DNA of 47,743 nt from NCBI GenBank assembly GCA_964645545.1, contig CAZXZR010000003.1, forward strand, positions 1 through 47,743, given 5' to 3'. Numbering within the stretch: position 1 is the first letter of the stretch; every line of letters starts with the position of its first letter. Below, piece after piece: positions 32,302 to 42,456 of this stretch. The position numbers and the translations under genes are program-made. The notes under the pieces are model-generated. The model was not told the DNA's origin. It saw only the letters and a list, made by a program, of their open reading frames with translations, and did no database searches. The stretch comes from an uncultured Gammaproteobacteria bacterium (GTDB lineage Bacteria; Patescibacteriota; Patescibacteriia; Patescibacteriales; UBA12465).

Positions 32302-32790
32302 ATGCCGGTTAAGAGAAAAACTAAGAAACCAGTGGTCGTGGCCGTGTCCGGCTATTTCAACCCGCTTCACGTCGGGCATTTGGAAATGATAGCCAAAGCG
32401 AAAAAGCTGGGCGATAAATTAGTCGCCATAGTCAACAGCGATTACCAGGTGGAACTGAAGGGCCGCGTACCTTTTATGAAGGAAAATGACCGTTTGAAAA
32501 TCATCAAGGCTTTGCGCGACGTGGACGAAGTTTTTTTGTCCCTGGACCGCGATTTGAGCGTCTGCCGCTCTCTGGCTAAAGTCCGGCCCGATATTTTCGC
32601 CAACGGCGGCGACCGCCACAACGTCGGCGACGTGCCCGAGGCCGCGCTTTGCCGGCGTTTAGGCATAAAGATGGTGGACGGTTTGGGTAAAAAAATCCGG
32701 GCCAGTTCGGAATTGATTTCCCGGGCCGCCACCGAGAAACTGAAGGCGGCCGGGCAAAGAAAATTAAGAACAAAGGCGGCCGGCCATTAA
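32302..32790 (+). CDS. Cytidylyltransferase/adenylyltransferase family protein (TagD/RfaE-like)
   Basis: SGYFNPLHVGH (HxGH), FANGGDR, IRASS. Confidence 0.88.
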   Translation: MPVKRKTKKPVVVAVSGYFNPLHVGHLEMIAKAKKLGDKLVAIVNSDYQVELKGRVPFMKENDRLKIIKALRDVDEVFLSLDRDLSVCRSLAKVRPDIFANGGDRHNVGDVPEAALCRRLGIKMVDGLGKKIRASSELISRAATEKLKAAGQRKLRTKAAGH

Positions 32791-32792
32791 GT

Positions 32793-33722
32793 ATGAAACG
32801 GTTTAATTTACGTTTTTGCTGGTTGATTTTAGTGGTTTTATTTCTCGTTTTATTTTTTTGTTTGATTTTCCTGCCAGTTATTCGCCGCCAGGCCGGCTCG
32901 GGGAAAACGCCCTTATTAACGAGAATTATAGCTAAGTTAGCCGGCCGCCAACCGGCGCCAACTCTGCTTTTAAAGGCGGAAAAAACAGTGATCATTCCCG
33001 AAGGCCAGACGGTTTTAGACATCGCCGAGACTTTAAGCGCCGCCGGTTTTTGGCCGAGTTCCCAGTTTTTGGACGTGGTCGGTTGGCCGCGCCTGGATTA
33101 CCGGCATAATAAAAATCATCCCGATTTACCCGATTTTTTTCGGGAATTTTCTTTCTTGGCCGACAAGCCCAGCTATTACGGTCTAGAAGGCTATCTCTTT
33201 CCCGATACTTACCGTTTTTACGCCAGCTCCATGCCCGTGGAGGTGGTTGAAAAGATGCTGGCCAATTTTGACCGGAAATTAACGCCGCCAATGCGCGCCG
33301 ATATCAAGGCCCAGGGCAAGACGATTTATGAAATAGTTACCTTGGCTTCCTTGGTGGAGAAGGAGGCGCCGATAGATTACGCCACCGGCGATAATCGCGA
33401 CGCCCGCCTTATCGCCGGTATCTTCTGGAATCGCTTGGCCATTGGCCAGGCTTTGCAATCGGACGCCACCTTGTCATATGTCTTGGGCGATAACAAAATC
33501 CAGCACAGCGGCGCGGATTTAACGTTTGATTCTCCTTATAATACCTATAAATACTCGGGTTTACCGCCCGGCCCCATCTGTAATCCCGGCCTGTTGGCTT
33601 TAGAAGCGGCCGTTTATCCTTTGGTCAGCGATTACAATTATTTTCTCACCGCTGACGGCCAAGTTATTTACGCCAAAACTTACGCCGAACAGATGCTTAA
33701 CAAACAGAAATATTTAAAATAA
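32793..33722 (+). CDS. mltG: Endolytic transglycosylase MltG
   Basis: LEGYLFPDTY, LASLVEKE, LQSDAT, SPYNTY, GLPPGPICNPG. Confidence 0.95.
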   Translation: MKRFNLRFCWLILVVLFLVLFFCLIFLPVIRRQAGSGKTPLLTRIIAKLAGRQPAPTLLLKAEKTVIIPEGQTVLDIAETLSAAGFWPSSQFLDVVGWPRLDYRHNKNHPDLPDFFREFSFLADKPSYYGLEGYLFPDTYRFYASSMPVEVVEKMLANFDRKLTPPMRADIKAQGKTIYEIVTLASLVEKEAPIDYATGDNRDARLIAGIFWNRLAIGQALQSDATLSYVLGDNKIQHSGADLTFDSPYNTYKYSGLPPGPICNPGLLALEAAVYPLVSDYNYFLTADGQVIYAKTYAEQMLNKQKYLK

Positions 33723-33729
33723 TTTAACT

Positions 33730-36111
33730 ATGTTTGACCAGCCAGCGACCGTTATCTCTTCTTCAGCCTCAACGCCGCCACCGCCCGTCGGCAGTCCGGA
33801 AGGCCGGGGGAAAAAGATAATCATCATCGCCGCCATTGTCGCGGTTTTGGCTCTTTTAGTCGGTGCCGGTTTTTTGATTGTGAAAAAAATAACTTCTCGT
33901 CCGGCCGCGCCGGAATCAACCGCCGTTAATGAATTAACTAATGACTGGGCGGACAATCTTTCTCAGGAGAACGCCTCGTCAACGCCGACTTTGCCCGATT
34001 TGAACGCGCCGACGACCGCCAGTTCAACGGCGGGCGCGGCTTTTTCCGATTTAGCCATAGAATATTTGTCTTTCGCCGATTTTTATAAAGCGCCCAATAA
34101 GCAAGTGGAAACAAAACTGAATGACTATAGCTTGCCTTTAAACGTGAAAATAGACGTGATGAATTATTATGATCTTTCCCGTAAACTTAATTTGGATCCG
34201 GCCTTGGACGACTTGAATAATTATGGCTTCGCCACCATTAATAATCCTTGGACCAAGACCGCGCCTGATTTTTATTCTATTTACGCCAATTTGGACGAGA
34301 AACAGATCCCGCTTTTTATAAGCGCCGATTTCATCGCCTATTATTACCAAGAAATTTTGAAAAAAGCTTTTAAAAACGTGGAAGAAGACGTTTTTTACGA
34401 CAATTTATGGGATATTAACAAAGAAATGTATGAGGCCGCCAAAACCCGCTACGAGGCCCGGCTGGCGGCCATGGGCAACGTTAATGATTCAGTTCTAGAA
34501 GGCGAACGTTTGGAAACGGCTTTTTTCGCCGTCGCTTTGGAGCTTTTAAAACCGACGGCGGGCCAATTAGCCGCGGCCAATAGCGCCGACCCTAACAAAT
34601 TCTCAGCCGCCGACGCTGACCGCTTCTATTTCGTTGTGCCGCCCTATTTGCGCGACGATGTTTTAAAAGAAGAAGCGATGATTAGGCAGGCGAAAGGGAC
34701 GACTAAATCCCCGGTTTTGCTTTATAGCAAAAATTACGCCGATTTTACCGTGCCCGTTGACTACCGCGCCCAGGCCAAATTGAACAACTTCTATCTGACG
34801 ACCGTTTGGCTCAATGCTGTTTTTCCTTTAAATTACCGCAACAGTCATTGTCCCGACTGTCTTTTGGATTACGCCGATTGGCGGATAAACCTGACCGCCG
34901 CCAGTTTCATGGCTCAAGATTTTTCTTCTTTGCCGGAATTAAAAAACAAGTGGGCGCGGGTTTATAAAGTCATGTCATTTTTTAAGGGTTTAAGGGAGGA
35001 ATTGAATTACGTCCAATATCGCGACGCTTTAACGGCCGTTTTCGGCGCCGACTATAAAATTGATCGTCTCTTTGACGACACTAACAGTGAGGCTAAGGCC
35101 AATTTGGAAAAATTACGGAATAAGCTTTTAACCTATAATTTCCCGGCTATTCAGGGCGGTCGCGACCAGAGCCAGCCTGTAGAAGCCGCCCTCCTTGGCT
35201 TCCGCATGTTAGCCGAGCCTTTTTCGCCCAATGATTATTTATTCGCTCGCTTGACTTATCCCAATGTCGGCGTTTATCAAGCGGCCAGTTTGCCCAGCGA
35301 TAATTTGACCGCCTGCCAAGTAAAGGGCGCTTTCAGGCGTTGCCAAGGCTTCGCTCTGGATCCGGTTAATTTGGTTTTTCCGCTCGGCGCCAATGATTAT
35401 TTTCAGGTCAATACTGATTACGCCGGTTACGCCAGTGCCGCCAGCGATCTAAAAAAGGAATTGACCGAGAGCGGGTTGGCGCACGCCACCAGCTATTGGT
35501 CAACGCTGTCTTTAATTGGCGCCTATTTAGAAATGCCGAAAGCAAGTTTGCCGATTTTCAGCCGCAATGAGGCCTGGAACGAAGCCTCGCTAAAAACGGC
35601 GCCCGCCCTTTGGGTTAATTGGCAATTGCCTTGGGAAGAATTTTCCCTGAACCAATTGTTTCACGGCCAAGGGCTGACTAATCTCTCCCGCTGGAACGAA
35701 AATTCTTACGTGGAACCGAATTTAACCATACTAAACGAACTTATTGCCACCAATGATATGATTAAGGCGATGTTCAATGCTTTGCAATTGGATCGGGAAG
35801 CGCCTTTGGCCTTAAGCCTCTTAAGCGGCGCCGGCGATAATTTAAGCCTGTTAAAAGATGTTGTCGTCAAAGAATTGCGGGGCGAAAGTCTTTCCGCCGA
35901 CGATAATGAAAGCGTGGCCGATTTCACCAAGCAATTGACAATTACGCCGGCCAAAGCGGAAGACAAGCGCCTGACTATAGGTTTCGGCCAACAAAAAACC
36001 GGCCTCAAAGAAGATTTAAGCCAGTTGGAATTGATGTTGGTCATTCATCAAGAAGGCGAAAGCAAAGTTTTGTCCGTTGGTCCGGTTTGGGATTATATTG
36101 AGAGTAAATAA
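33730..36111 (+). CDS. Large single-pass membrane-anchored protein (DUF3160-like)
   Basis: N-terminal TM, Ser/Thr linker, IPLFISAD, YVEPN, C-terminal VGPVWDY; family recalled from memory. Confidence 0.65.
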   Translation: MFDQPATVISSSASTPPPPVGSPEGRGKKIIIIAAIVAVLALLVGAGFLIVKKITSRPAAPESTAVNELTNDWADNLSQENASSTPTLPDLNAPTTASSTAGAAFSDLAIEYLSFADFYKAPNKQVETKLNDYSLPLNVKIDVMNYYDLSRKLNLDPALDDLNNYGFATINNPWTKTAPDFYSIYANLDEKQIPLFISADFIAYYYQEILKKAFKNVEEDVFYDNLWDINKEMYEAAKTRYEARLAAMGNVNDSVLEGERLETAFFAVALELLKPTAGQLAAANSADPNKFSAADADRFYFVVPPYLRDDVLKEEAMIRQAKGTTKSPVLLYSKNYADFTVPVDYRAQAKLNNFYLTTVWLNAVFPLNYRNSHCPDCLLDYADWRINLTAASFMAQDFSSLPELKNKWARVYKVMSFFKGLREELNYVQYRDALTAVFGADYKIDRLFDDTNSEAKANLEKLRNKLLTYNFPAIQGGRDQSQPVEAALLGFRMLAEPFSPNDYLFARLTYPNVGVYQAASLPSDNLTACQVKGAFRRCQGFALDPVNLVFPLGANDYFQVNTDYAGYASAASDLKKELTESGLAHATSYWSTLSLIGAYLEMPKASLPIFSRNEAWNEASLKTAPALWVNWQLPWEEFSLNQLFHGQGLTNLSRWNENSYVEPNLTILNELIATNDMIKAMFNALQLDREAPLALSLLSGAGDNLSLLKDVVVKELRGESLSADDNESVADFTKQLTITPAKAEDKRLTIGFGQQKTGLKEDLSQLELMLVIHQEGESKVLSVGPVWDYIESK

Positions 36112-36120
36112 TTCGGTTAA

Positions 36121-38103
36121 TTAAGGGGAATATTTGAAGATATAATCATCATCGTTTATCGACTGCCAGTTGTCGGCGCTTAATTTGGCGGCGTTGATTA
36201 TCCGGTCGCTTTGGTACCAGTACTTATTGACCACGAGGTAGCCTTCATTTACTCCGACCAGAGCCAAGGCTTGGCGCATGGCTTCACGGTCGGGGTTTTT
36301 ATATACCATGGCCAAATAATATTGATAAAGAGGGCCGCCGGTGGGTATGGGGTAGAAGTAGAGGGGGCCAAAGATGCTGTTATAATAATGATTAAAACCC
36401 AGTTCTTTCAAGGCGGCCGCCGAGACCTGCTGGTCGGCCAAAACCAAATAAGGTCCCCGGGCCTCTTTGTCTATGAGACGGACGGCGCGGATATCGTTTA
36501 GGCTGGTGCTGTAGCCGTGAGAATTGAAATACTTGTCAAAGCGAGGGTAGGAGAGATAAAGGCTGACGGATAAAAAAACGGCGCCGAAAAAAAGCCAGAT
36601 AAGGCGCGTGAGCGTTTCCTGGCGAAGAATTTTTTTAATTAATTGATTAAGGGCTTCTATGAGAAAAGGCAGGAAAAAGAAGGTCATGATTAAAAGCAGG
36701 CGGTCGGCGTAATTTTGCTGTTCGTAGCTTATTAAATTGTTAAAACGAATTTGGGCGCTGAAGATATAGGCCGCCAAGAGAGACAGGTTCATGAACAAAA
36801 GGCCGTTTTCCGACAAGTCGCGGCGCACTTCTCGCGGGCGGAAGAAATAAAAATAGGCGAGACTGGCGATAATGAAAGCGGCCAGCCAGAGATTGTAATT
36901 GTTTTTAAAAAAATAGACGGCGTTTATAAACCAAGTTTCCCGACCGGCCGCACTTAAAGTCGTGATTAAATTTTTAAAGGGCGCCCAGAGGGAAGCGGCC
37001 TTTAAAGCCGTGATTTTTTGGCCGTCGGCGAAAAATAAAGCCAAGGGCAAGAGCACGGCGTTGGCGCTAAAAATACTCAGGCTAAGAAATTTTCTGGCCG
37101 CCGGGCGCAGACCTTCCTGGCGGCGTTTTAAAAATAGCCAGGCGCTCCAGAAAATCGCCGGCAGGCCGGTCAAGGGGTGAATGGCTAAAGCCGCCAAAGC
37201 GAGCACAAAAACTTTTACCGGTCGAGCCCGGCTTAGACCGGTGAAAATAGCCAAGAGCAGGAAAAGGTAGCTTAAATTTTGCGGAGTGGTGACGATAAAA
37301 GGTGAAAAAGTCAGTCCGAGCAAAAACAAGACGCTTAAAAATTCGGACAGGCGCTGGTTTCTCTCGCCGGCACTTTCATCGGCGCGCCTTAAAAAACGAA
37401 AAGCGGCTAGGGGCAGGAAAAGGGCGGTTAAAAAGGGCACTAAAATTTTATTGAGAGCGTAAATGGAAAGCGTCGTCAACTTATGGAGGCTGACGATTAA
37501 GCCGTATTGACCGAGATAATAAGGGGGTTTGGGTAAAACGGCGCCGCGCGCGTCGATTAATTCCATGGTCGCCTGATGGACGAAGGGGTCATAGCCGTAG
37601 CCGATTTTATAGATAATAACGGCCACGGCTAAAGGCAATAAATAATGGGCGCTTAAGAAGACGATTTTTAAGCCGGCGGAAAGGTTCCGGCGCCAAAGCA
37701 AATGCGCCAAAACCAAGGAAGCTAAGCCGTAGAAAATGAAAAAGCGGATTGAGACCACCTGCCAGGGGGAAATAAGAGCTTTATCGCTTCGACCTAACCA
37801 TAAAAAGGCGGCTGCCGCCAGAAAGAAAAGGATATAGATCAATAATACCAAAAAGGATTTTTTATTTAATTTTAGGTAATTTTTTTCAATGGAACGGTTT
37901 TTTTCCAGCGCTTCCGGCCGCCAATTTTTAAGCAAAAGAAAAAAAGTGAGCAAACTTAAAAATAGGGCGATTAAGACTCCAACCCAATTTAAAGCCCAAA
38001 AATAATAGACGAGGGCGCTAAAAATAATCAATAAGGAAAGGAAAAGCAAGAGGTAATCATTAATGTTGGCGGCCAGTTTTACAATAATATTCCTGGTTTT
38101 CAT
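36121..38103 (-). CDS. Polytopic membrane protein (possible GT-C fold)
   Basis: More than 10 TM segments, GYDPFVH loop, soluble C-terminal domain; ATG at 38103. Confidence 0.75.
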   Translation of the reverse strand: MKTRNIIVKLAANINDYLLLFLSLLIIFSALVYYFWALNWVGVLIALFLSLLTFFLLLKNWRPEALEKNRSIEKNYLKLNKKSFLVLLIYILFFLAAAAFLWLGRSDKALISPWQVVSIRFFIFYGLASLVLAHLLWRRNLSAGLKIVFLSAHYLLPLAVAVIIYKIGYGYDPFVHQATMELIDARGAVLPKPPYYLGQYGLIVSLHKLTTLSIYALNKILVPFLTALFLPLAAFRFLRRADESAGERNQRLSEFLSVLFLLGLTFSPFIVTTPQNLSYLFLLLAIFTGLSRARPVKVFVLALAALAIHPLTGLPAIFWSAWLFLKRRQEGLRPAARKFLSLSIFSANAVLLPLALFFADGQKITALKAASLWAPFKNLITTLSAAGRETWFINAVYFFKNNYNLWLAAFIIASLAYFYFFRPREVRRDLSENGLLFMNLSLLAAYIFSAQIRFNNLISYEQQNYADRLLLIMTFFFLPFLIEALNQLIKKILRQETLTRLIWLFFGAVFLSVSLYLSYPRFDKYFNSHGYSTSLNDIRAVRLIDKEARGPYLVLADQQVSAAALKELGFNHYYNSIFGPLYFYPIPTGGPLYQYYLAMVYKNPDREAMRQALALVGVNEGYLVVNKYWYQSDRIINAAKLSADNWQSINDDDYIFKYSP

Positions 38104-38162
38104 AGTATTATCATCATAGCAAATTCTTGCTAAAAATGGCAATTTCCGATAACATAAAGTTA

Positions 38163-39938
38163 ATGAAAACTAATCTCAAAAAACAGTTGCCCGCGCTTAT
38201 CGTCGGCCTTTTGGCCGCGGTTTTTTTCGCGGCCACGGCCGCTTTCAATTACTTGGTCCAAACTAAAGATTACGTCTCCTGGTCTTCGCCGGACGAGAAC
38301 GCTAATTATTTTTTCAGCGAGGAGTTCGCCCGCACCGGGCGGTTGGCCTTTTTTGATCCGGCGGCGCCTTACGGCAATAATATTTTAATGCCGCGCAGCG
38401 TCCGCGACGACTTTGGTTGGCTAAAACCGGTGAGCTTTTTGGGTTTACTTTTAATCTACGGCGGCATCGCTTTTTGCTTGGGGACGGCGGTTATTCCTTT
38501 TTTGACTCCGCTCTTCGCCGCCTTAGGCATTATTCTTTTTTATTTCTTGACGCGCCGGCTTTTCGGCCGCCGCGTCGCTTTAATCTCGGCTTGTCTTTTG
38601 GCGGTTTTCCCGGTCTATATTTATTATTCCGTCAGGAGCATGTTCCATAATGTTCTCTTTGTTGTTTTATTGTTGGCCGCCAGTTATTTGGCCGTTTTAG
38701 CCGTCGGGAAAAAACAGGCAAGAGAAAAAAGAAAATTTCTGTCCCTTCCTTTTTCTCCTTGCTTTTCTTGGGAATTCGCGGCCGCTTTCGCCGCCGGCCT
38801 TTTGGCCGGCCTGGCTGTCATCACTCGCACTTCCGAATTGCTTTGGCTGGTTCCGGCTGGTTTCGTCATTTGGCTTTTTTACGCCCGCCGTTTCGGCCTG
38901 ATGAAACTAATTTTATTTTTGGCCGGACTTTTCCTCGCGCTTTTACCGGTTATTTATTATAATCAAGCTCTGTACGGTTCGATTTTTCACGGCGGCTATA
39001 ACGAAATGAACCGTTCCCTGGATTCCATTTCTCAAAGCGGCGGTGATCTCGTCACCCGGGTTTTTTCCGGCGGAGTTAATCAATTCGGCGTTTATTTGGC
39101 GGTTATCGCCAAGAACGTTTTTTATTTCGGTTTTCACCCCGGCCAGTCTTTAAATCTGTTCGGGAATTACGTGGTTAAAATGTTTCCTTATTTATTTTTT
39201 CCCGCCTTGCTCGGTTTTGTCCTTTTGCTCGGCCAGAATAGCCGGCGCTGGCAAAAAAAACATTTGGTCTACGTTTTGGCTGGCTTGATTTTAACGGCGA
39301 TTTTGCTTTTTTATTACGGCAGTTGGCGCTTTAACGACAATCCCGATCCGAGTCGCTTTACTATTGGCAATTCCTATACCCGTTATTGGTTGCCAATTTA
39401 TCTTTTTCTTTTGCCTTTGGCCACCTTAGCTATAGTTAAAGTTAGTCGTTTTATTTTCTGGTCAAAGGTTAAAACTCATGATAGGCTTAGGCAGTGGGCA
39501 GCCAGTGCTTTGCAGGCGGCGCTGGTTTTAACCTTCGCTGCTTTGTCTTTAGTTTTTGTTTTGTACGGCTCCGAAGAAGGTTTGGCGTCCTTGTATGATA
39601 GTACCTTAGCGGAAAGGGCCTCGGCTCGACAAGTTCTGTCTCTGACCGAACCGGCCGCCGTTATTATCACGACTTATTACGATAAACTCTTATTTCCTTA
39701 CCGGCGTATTATCATGGGTCGCTTGCCCAATGAGGAAATTGAACAGGCGGCCAAGAATTTGACGCGCCGATACCCGGTTTATTACTATAATTTTTATCTG
39801 GACCCGGCCGCCGTTAATTATTTGAATATCGGTAAACTTTCCGCTTACGGCCTGAAATTGGAGCTCATAAAAAAAATTAACGGCCAGTTCGGCCTTTATC
39901 GTTTAAACACTTCTGCTTATGAGCCTGAGAGCCAATAA
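38163..39938 (+). CDS. GT-C (PMT/ArnT-like, family 39) glycosyltransferase
   Basis: SPDE motif after TM1, many TMs, TRYWLP; ATG at 38163. Confidence 0.75.
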   Translation: MKTNLKKQLPALIVGLLAAVFFAATAAFNYLVQTKDYVSWSSPDENANYFFSEEFARTGRLAFFDPAAPYGNNILMPRSVRDDFGWLKPVSFLGLLLIYGGIAFCLGTAVIPFLTPLFAALGIILFYFLTRRLFGRRVALISACLLAVFPVYIYYSVRSMFHNVLFVVLLLAASYLAVLAVGKKQAREKRKFLSLPFSPCFSWEFAAAFAAGLLAGLAVITRTSELLWLVPAGFVIWLFYARRFGLMKLILFLAGLFLALLPVIYYNQALYGSIFHGGYNEMNRSLDSISQSGGDLVTRVFSGGVNQFGVYLAVIAKNVFYFGFHPGQSLNLFGNYVVKMFPYLFFPALLGFVLLLGQNSRRWQKKHLVYVLAGLILTAILLFYYGSWRFNDNPDPSRFTIGNSYTRYWLPIYLFLLPLATLAIVKVSRFIFWSKVKTHDRLRQWAASALQAALVLTFAALSLVFVLYGSEEGLASLYDSTLAERASARQVLSLTEPAAVIITTYYDKLLFPYRRIIMGRLPNEEIEQAAKNLTRRYPVYYYNFYLDPAAVNYLNIGKLSAYGLKLELIKKINGQFGLYRLNTSAYEPESQ

Positions 39939-41238
39939 ACGCTATCATATCATCACCATCGGTTGCCAGATGAACAAGGCGGACAGCGAACGGCTGGCTG
40001 CTTTTTTAGAGAGCCAAGACTATCGGGAAGCGGCCCGGGCGAAGGCGGCCGATTTGCTTTTAATCAACACTTGCGGGGTCAGGCAGGCGGCCGAAGACCG
40101 CGTCTACGGCTTGGCAACCAGCGTCAAACGCGAAAATCCGGCCGGCAAGATAGTTATAACGGGCTGTTTAAGCCAGCGTGAAGACGTGAAAAAACGTCTG
40201 GCCGGCTGTGCCGACCTGTTTTTGCCGATTAACGAGATGTTCCGTTTGCCGGAATTATTGGCCGGTGAGAAATTAAAGCCATATTTCAGCTTGGACGCGG
40301 TCAGAAAGCGTCAGGGCGAGAAATATTTAACCATCACTCCCAAACTGTCTACGCGTTTTAGCGCCTATGTACCCATCGGCAACGGCTGCGACAATTTTTG
40401 CGCCTATTGCGTCGTGCCTTATGTTCGCGGCCGCGAGGTTTATCGGCCGGCCGAAGATATCATCAAGGAAGTAGAGGCTTTGATAAAAACAGGTTATAAA
40501 GAAATTTATTTGTTGGCCCAGAACGTTAACAGTTATCGCGACAGAGATTATGACTTTCCTCGTCTCTTAACGACTTTAAGCCGCTTCCCAGGCCGTTTTT
40601 GGCTGCGCTTTTTTTCCAGCCACCCCAAGGACATGAACGACAAGCTCATTAAGGCCTTGGCCGCTTCACCCAAGATTTGCCGGCATTTGCATTTGCCCGT
40701 TCAGGCCGGTGACGACGCCGTCTTAAAAGCCATGAACCGGCATTATACTATTAGCCATTATCAATCCCTGATTAAAAAAGCCCGCCGGGCCAAGCCGGGT
40801 TTGGCGGTGACAACCGATGTTATCGTCGGTTTTCCCGGCGAAACGAAAAAGCAGTTTCTGGCCACGGCTAAACTTTTCCGGGAAGTGAAATTTGACCTCG
40901 CCTATATCGCCCCATACAGTCCTCGGCCGCAAACCGCCGCCTATAGATTGAAAGACGACGTCGACCGCGAAGAAAAGCGCCGCCGCTTCAAGGTCCTGAC
41001 GGACATTTTGAAAAAGACGGCCCTGGCCAACAACAGGAAATACTTGGGCCAAACCGTGACGGTTTTGGTGGAAGGGAAAAATCGGGCGGGGAAATACTAT
41101 GGCCGGACGGACAGCTATAAGACGGTCCTGTTTACGGCGGAAAATTTTCGCCGGAAAAAGAAGAGCTTGATCGGGGAGTTCGCGGAAATTGAAATAAAAA
41201 CCGCTTATGATTTCGGCCTGGCCGGGGTTTTAAAATAA
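39919..41238 (+). CDS. miaB: tRNA-2-methylthio-N6-dimethylallyladenosine synthase
   Basis: GCQMN, NTCGVR, radical-SAM CDNFCAYC, IVGFPGET, TRAM; next to miaA. Confidence 0.93.
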   Translation: MSLRANKRYHIITIGCQMNKADSERLAAFLESQDYREAARAKAADLLLINTCGVRQAAEDRVYGLATSVKRENPAGKIVITGCLSQREDVKKRLAGCADLFLPINEMFRLPELLAGEKLKPYFSLDAVRKRQGEKYLTITPKLSTRFSAYVPIGNGCDNFCAYCVVPYVRGREVYRPAEDIIKEVEALIKTGYKEIYLLAQNVNSYRDRDYDFPRLLTTLSRFPGRFWLRFFSSHPKDMNDKLIKALAASPKICRHLHLPVQAGDDAVLKAMNRHYTISHYQSLIKKARRAKPGLAVTTDVIVGFPGETKKQFLATAKLFREVKFDLAYIAPYSPRPQTAAYRLKDDVDREEKRRRFKVLTDILKKTALANNRKYLGQTVTVLVEGKNRAGKYYGRTDSYKTVLFTAENFRRKKKSLIGEFAEIEIKTAYDFGLAGVLK

Positions 41239-41423
41239 AAAAAGAGCGTCTTGGAAAATGAGGGGACGCTCAAGCCTCGAAATTTCCTCGCAAGAGATAG
41301 CCGTTAGATCGCCGTTCTCGTGACGATGTTCTGTAAAGCCATTTTTTTTATCGTTTTTTGGTTTTAGTTAATAATAAATAGTTTGAAAAAGGACATTTAT
41401 ATTATAGCAAATCGGCCTAATTT

Positions 41424-42371
41424 ATGGAAAAATTTATCCCCAAGCGTAATCTTAAAGCCATTAAAGCCAAAGCGAAAGTTTTGGTCATTTTAGGCCCGAC
41501 CGCTTCGGGTAAGACAAGCTTGGGCGCGGCCTTGGCCGCCGAATTCAACGGGGAAATCGTCAGCGCCGACAGTCGCCAGGTCTATAAAGGCCTGGACGTG
41601 GGCACGGGCAAGGATTTAAGCGAATATAAAGTCTGGGGGAAGAAAATCATTTATCATTTAATAGATGTTGTCGGCCCAAAAAGGCAATTCGACGTCGCCC
41701 GTTACCAAAGCGCCGCCCTGAAGGCGATCGCGGGCATCTTGGAACGCGGCCGCCTGCCGATCATAGTCGGCGGCAGCGGCCTTTATTTGCAGGCCCTGGT
41801 GGACAATTACCGCCTGGCCGCTTTTAAGGCCGGCGCCAAGCGCGCCCACTGGGAAAAATTGCCGACCGAAGAGCTTTTGGAAAAGATCGCCGCCTTGAAG
41901 CCGGGTTTCGCCAAGCGCCTCAACAACAGCGAACGCCATAACGCCCGCCGTTTGGCCCGTTACCTGGAAATCATCAGGGCCGGCGGATCTCGGGCCGGGA
42001 AAAAAGAGAGACTTTATGATTTCCTCCTGCTCGGTCTGACTTGGCCAGACGAAGTTTTGCGGCGCCGCATCGCCGAACGCCTGCAAGCGCGTTTGGAGAA
42101 GGAAGATCTGATCGGCGAAGTCAAGGCCTTGCATAAGGCCAGCGTTTCCTGGCCGCGCCTGGCCGCTTTCGGCTTGGAATATAAATTCGTTTCCCGTTAT
42201 TTAAAGGGAGAATTGGGCTACGAGGAGATGGCGGAAAGATTGGCCACGGCCATTTACCGTTTCGCCAAGAGGCAGAAAACCTGGTTCAAGCGCTGGGAAA
42301 AACAGGGGACGGAAATTAAGTGGATAAAAGATAAGGGGGAAGCGGAAAAATTGGTTGGAAAGTGGCTTTGA
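41424..42371 (+). CDS. miaA: tRNA dimethylallyltransferase
   Basis: GPTASGKT, SADSRQVY, GGSGLY, AKRQKTW. Confidence 0.97.
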   Translation: MEKFIPKRNLKAIKAKAKVLVILGPTASGKTSLGAALAAEFNGEIVSADSRQVYKGLDVGTGKDLSEYKVWGKKIIYHLIDVVGPKRQFDVARYQSAALKAIAGILERGRLPIIVGGSGLYLQALVDNYRLAAFKAGAKRAHWEKLPTEELLEKIAALKPGFAKRLNNSERHNARRLARYLEIIRAGGSRAGKKERLYDFLLLGLTWPDEVLRRRIAERLQARLEKEDLIGEVKALHKASVSWPRLAAFGLEYKFVSRYLKGELGYEEMAERLATAIYRFAKRQKTWFKRWEKQGTEIKWIKDKGEAEKLVGKWL

Positions 42372-42456
42372 AAAAAGGGCGCCGGCCAGGCGGAAAAAAT
42401 TTATAAAATAAAAAAGCCGGGTTTGCATCCGGCCCTTTTTTACGGTCGGCCCGGTT

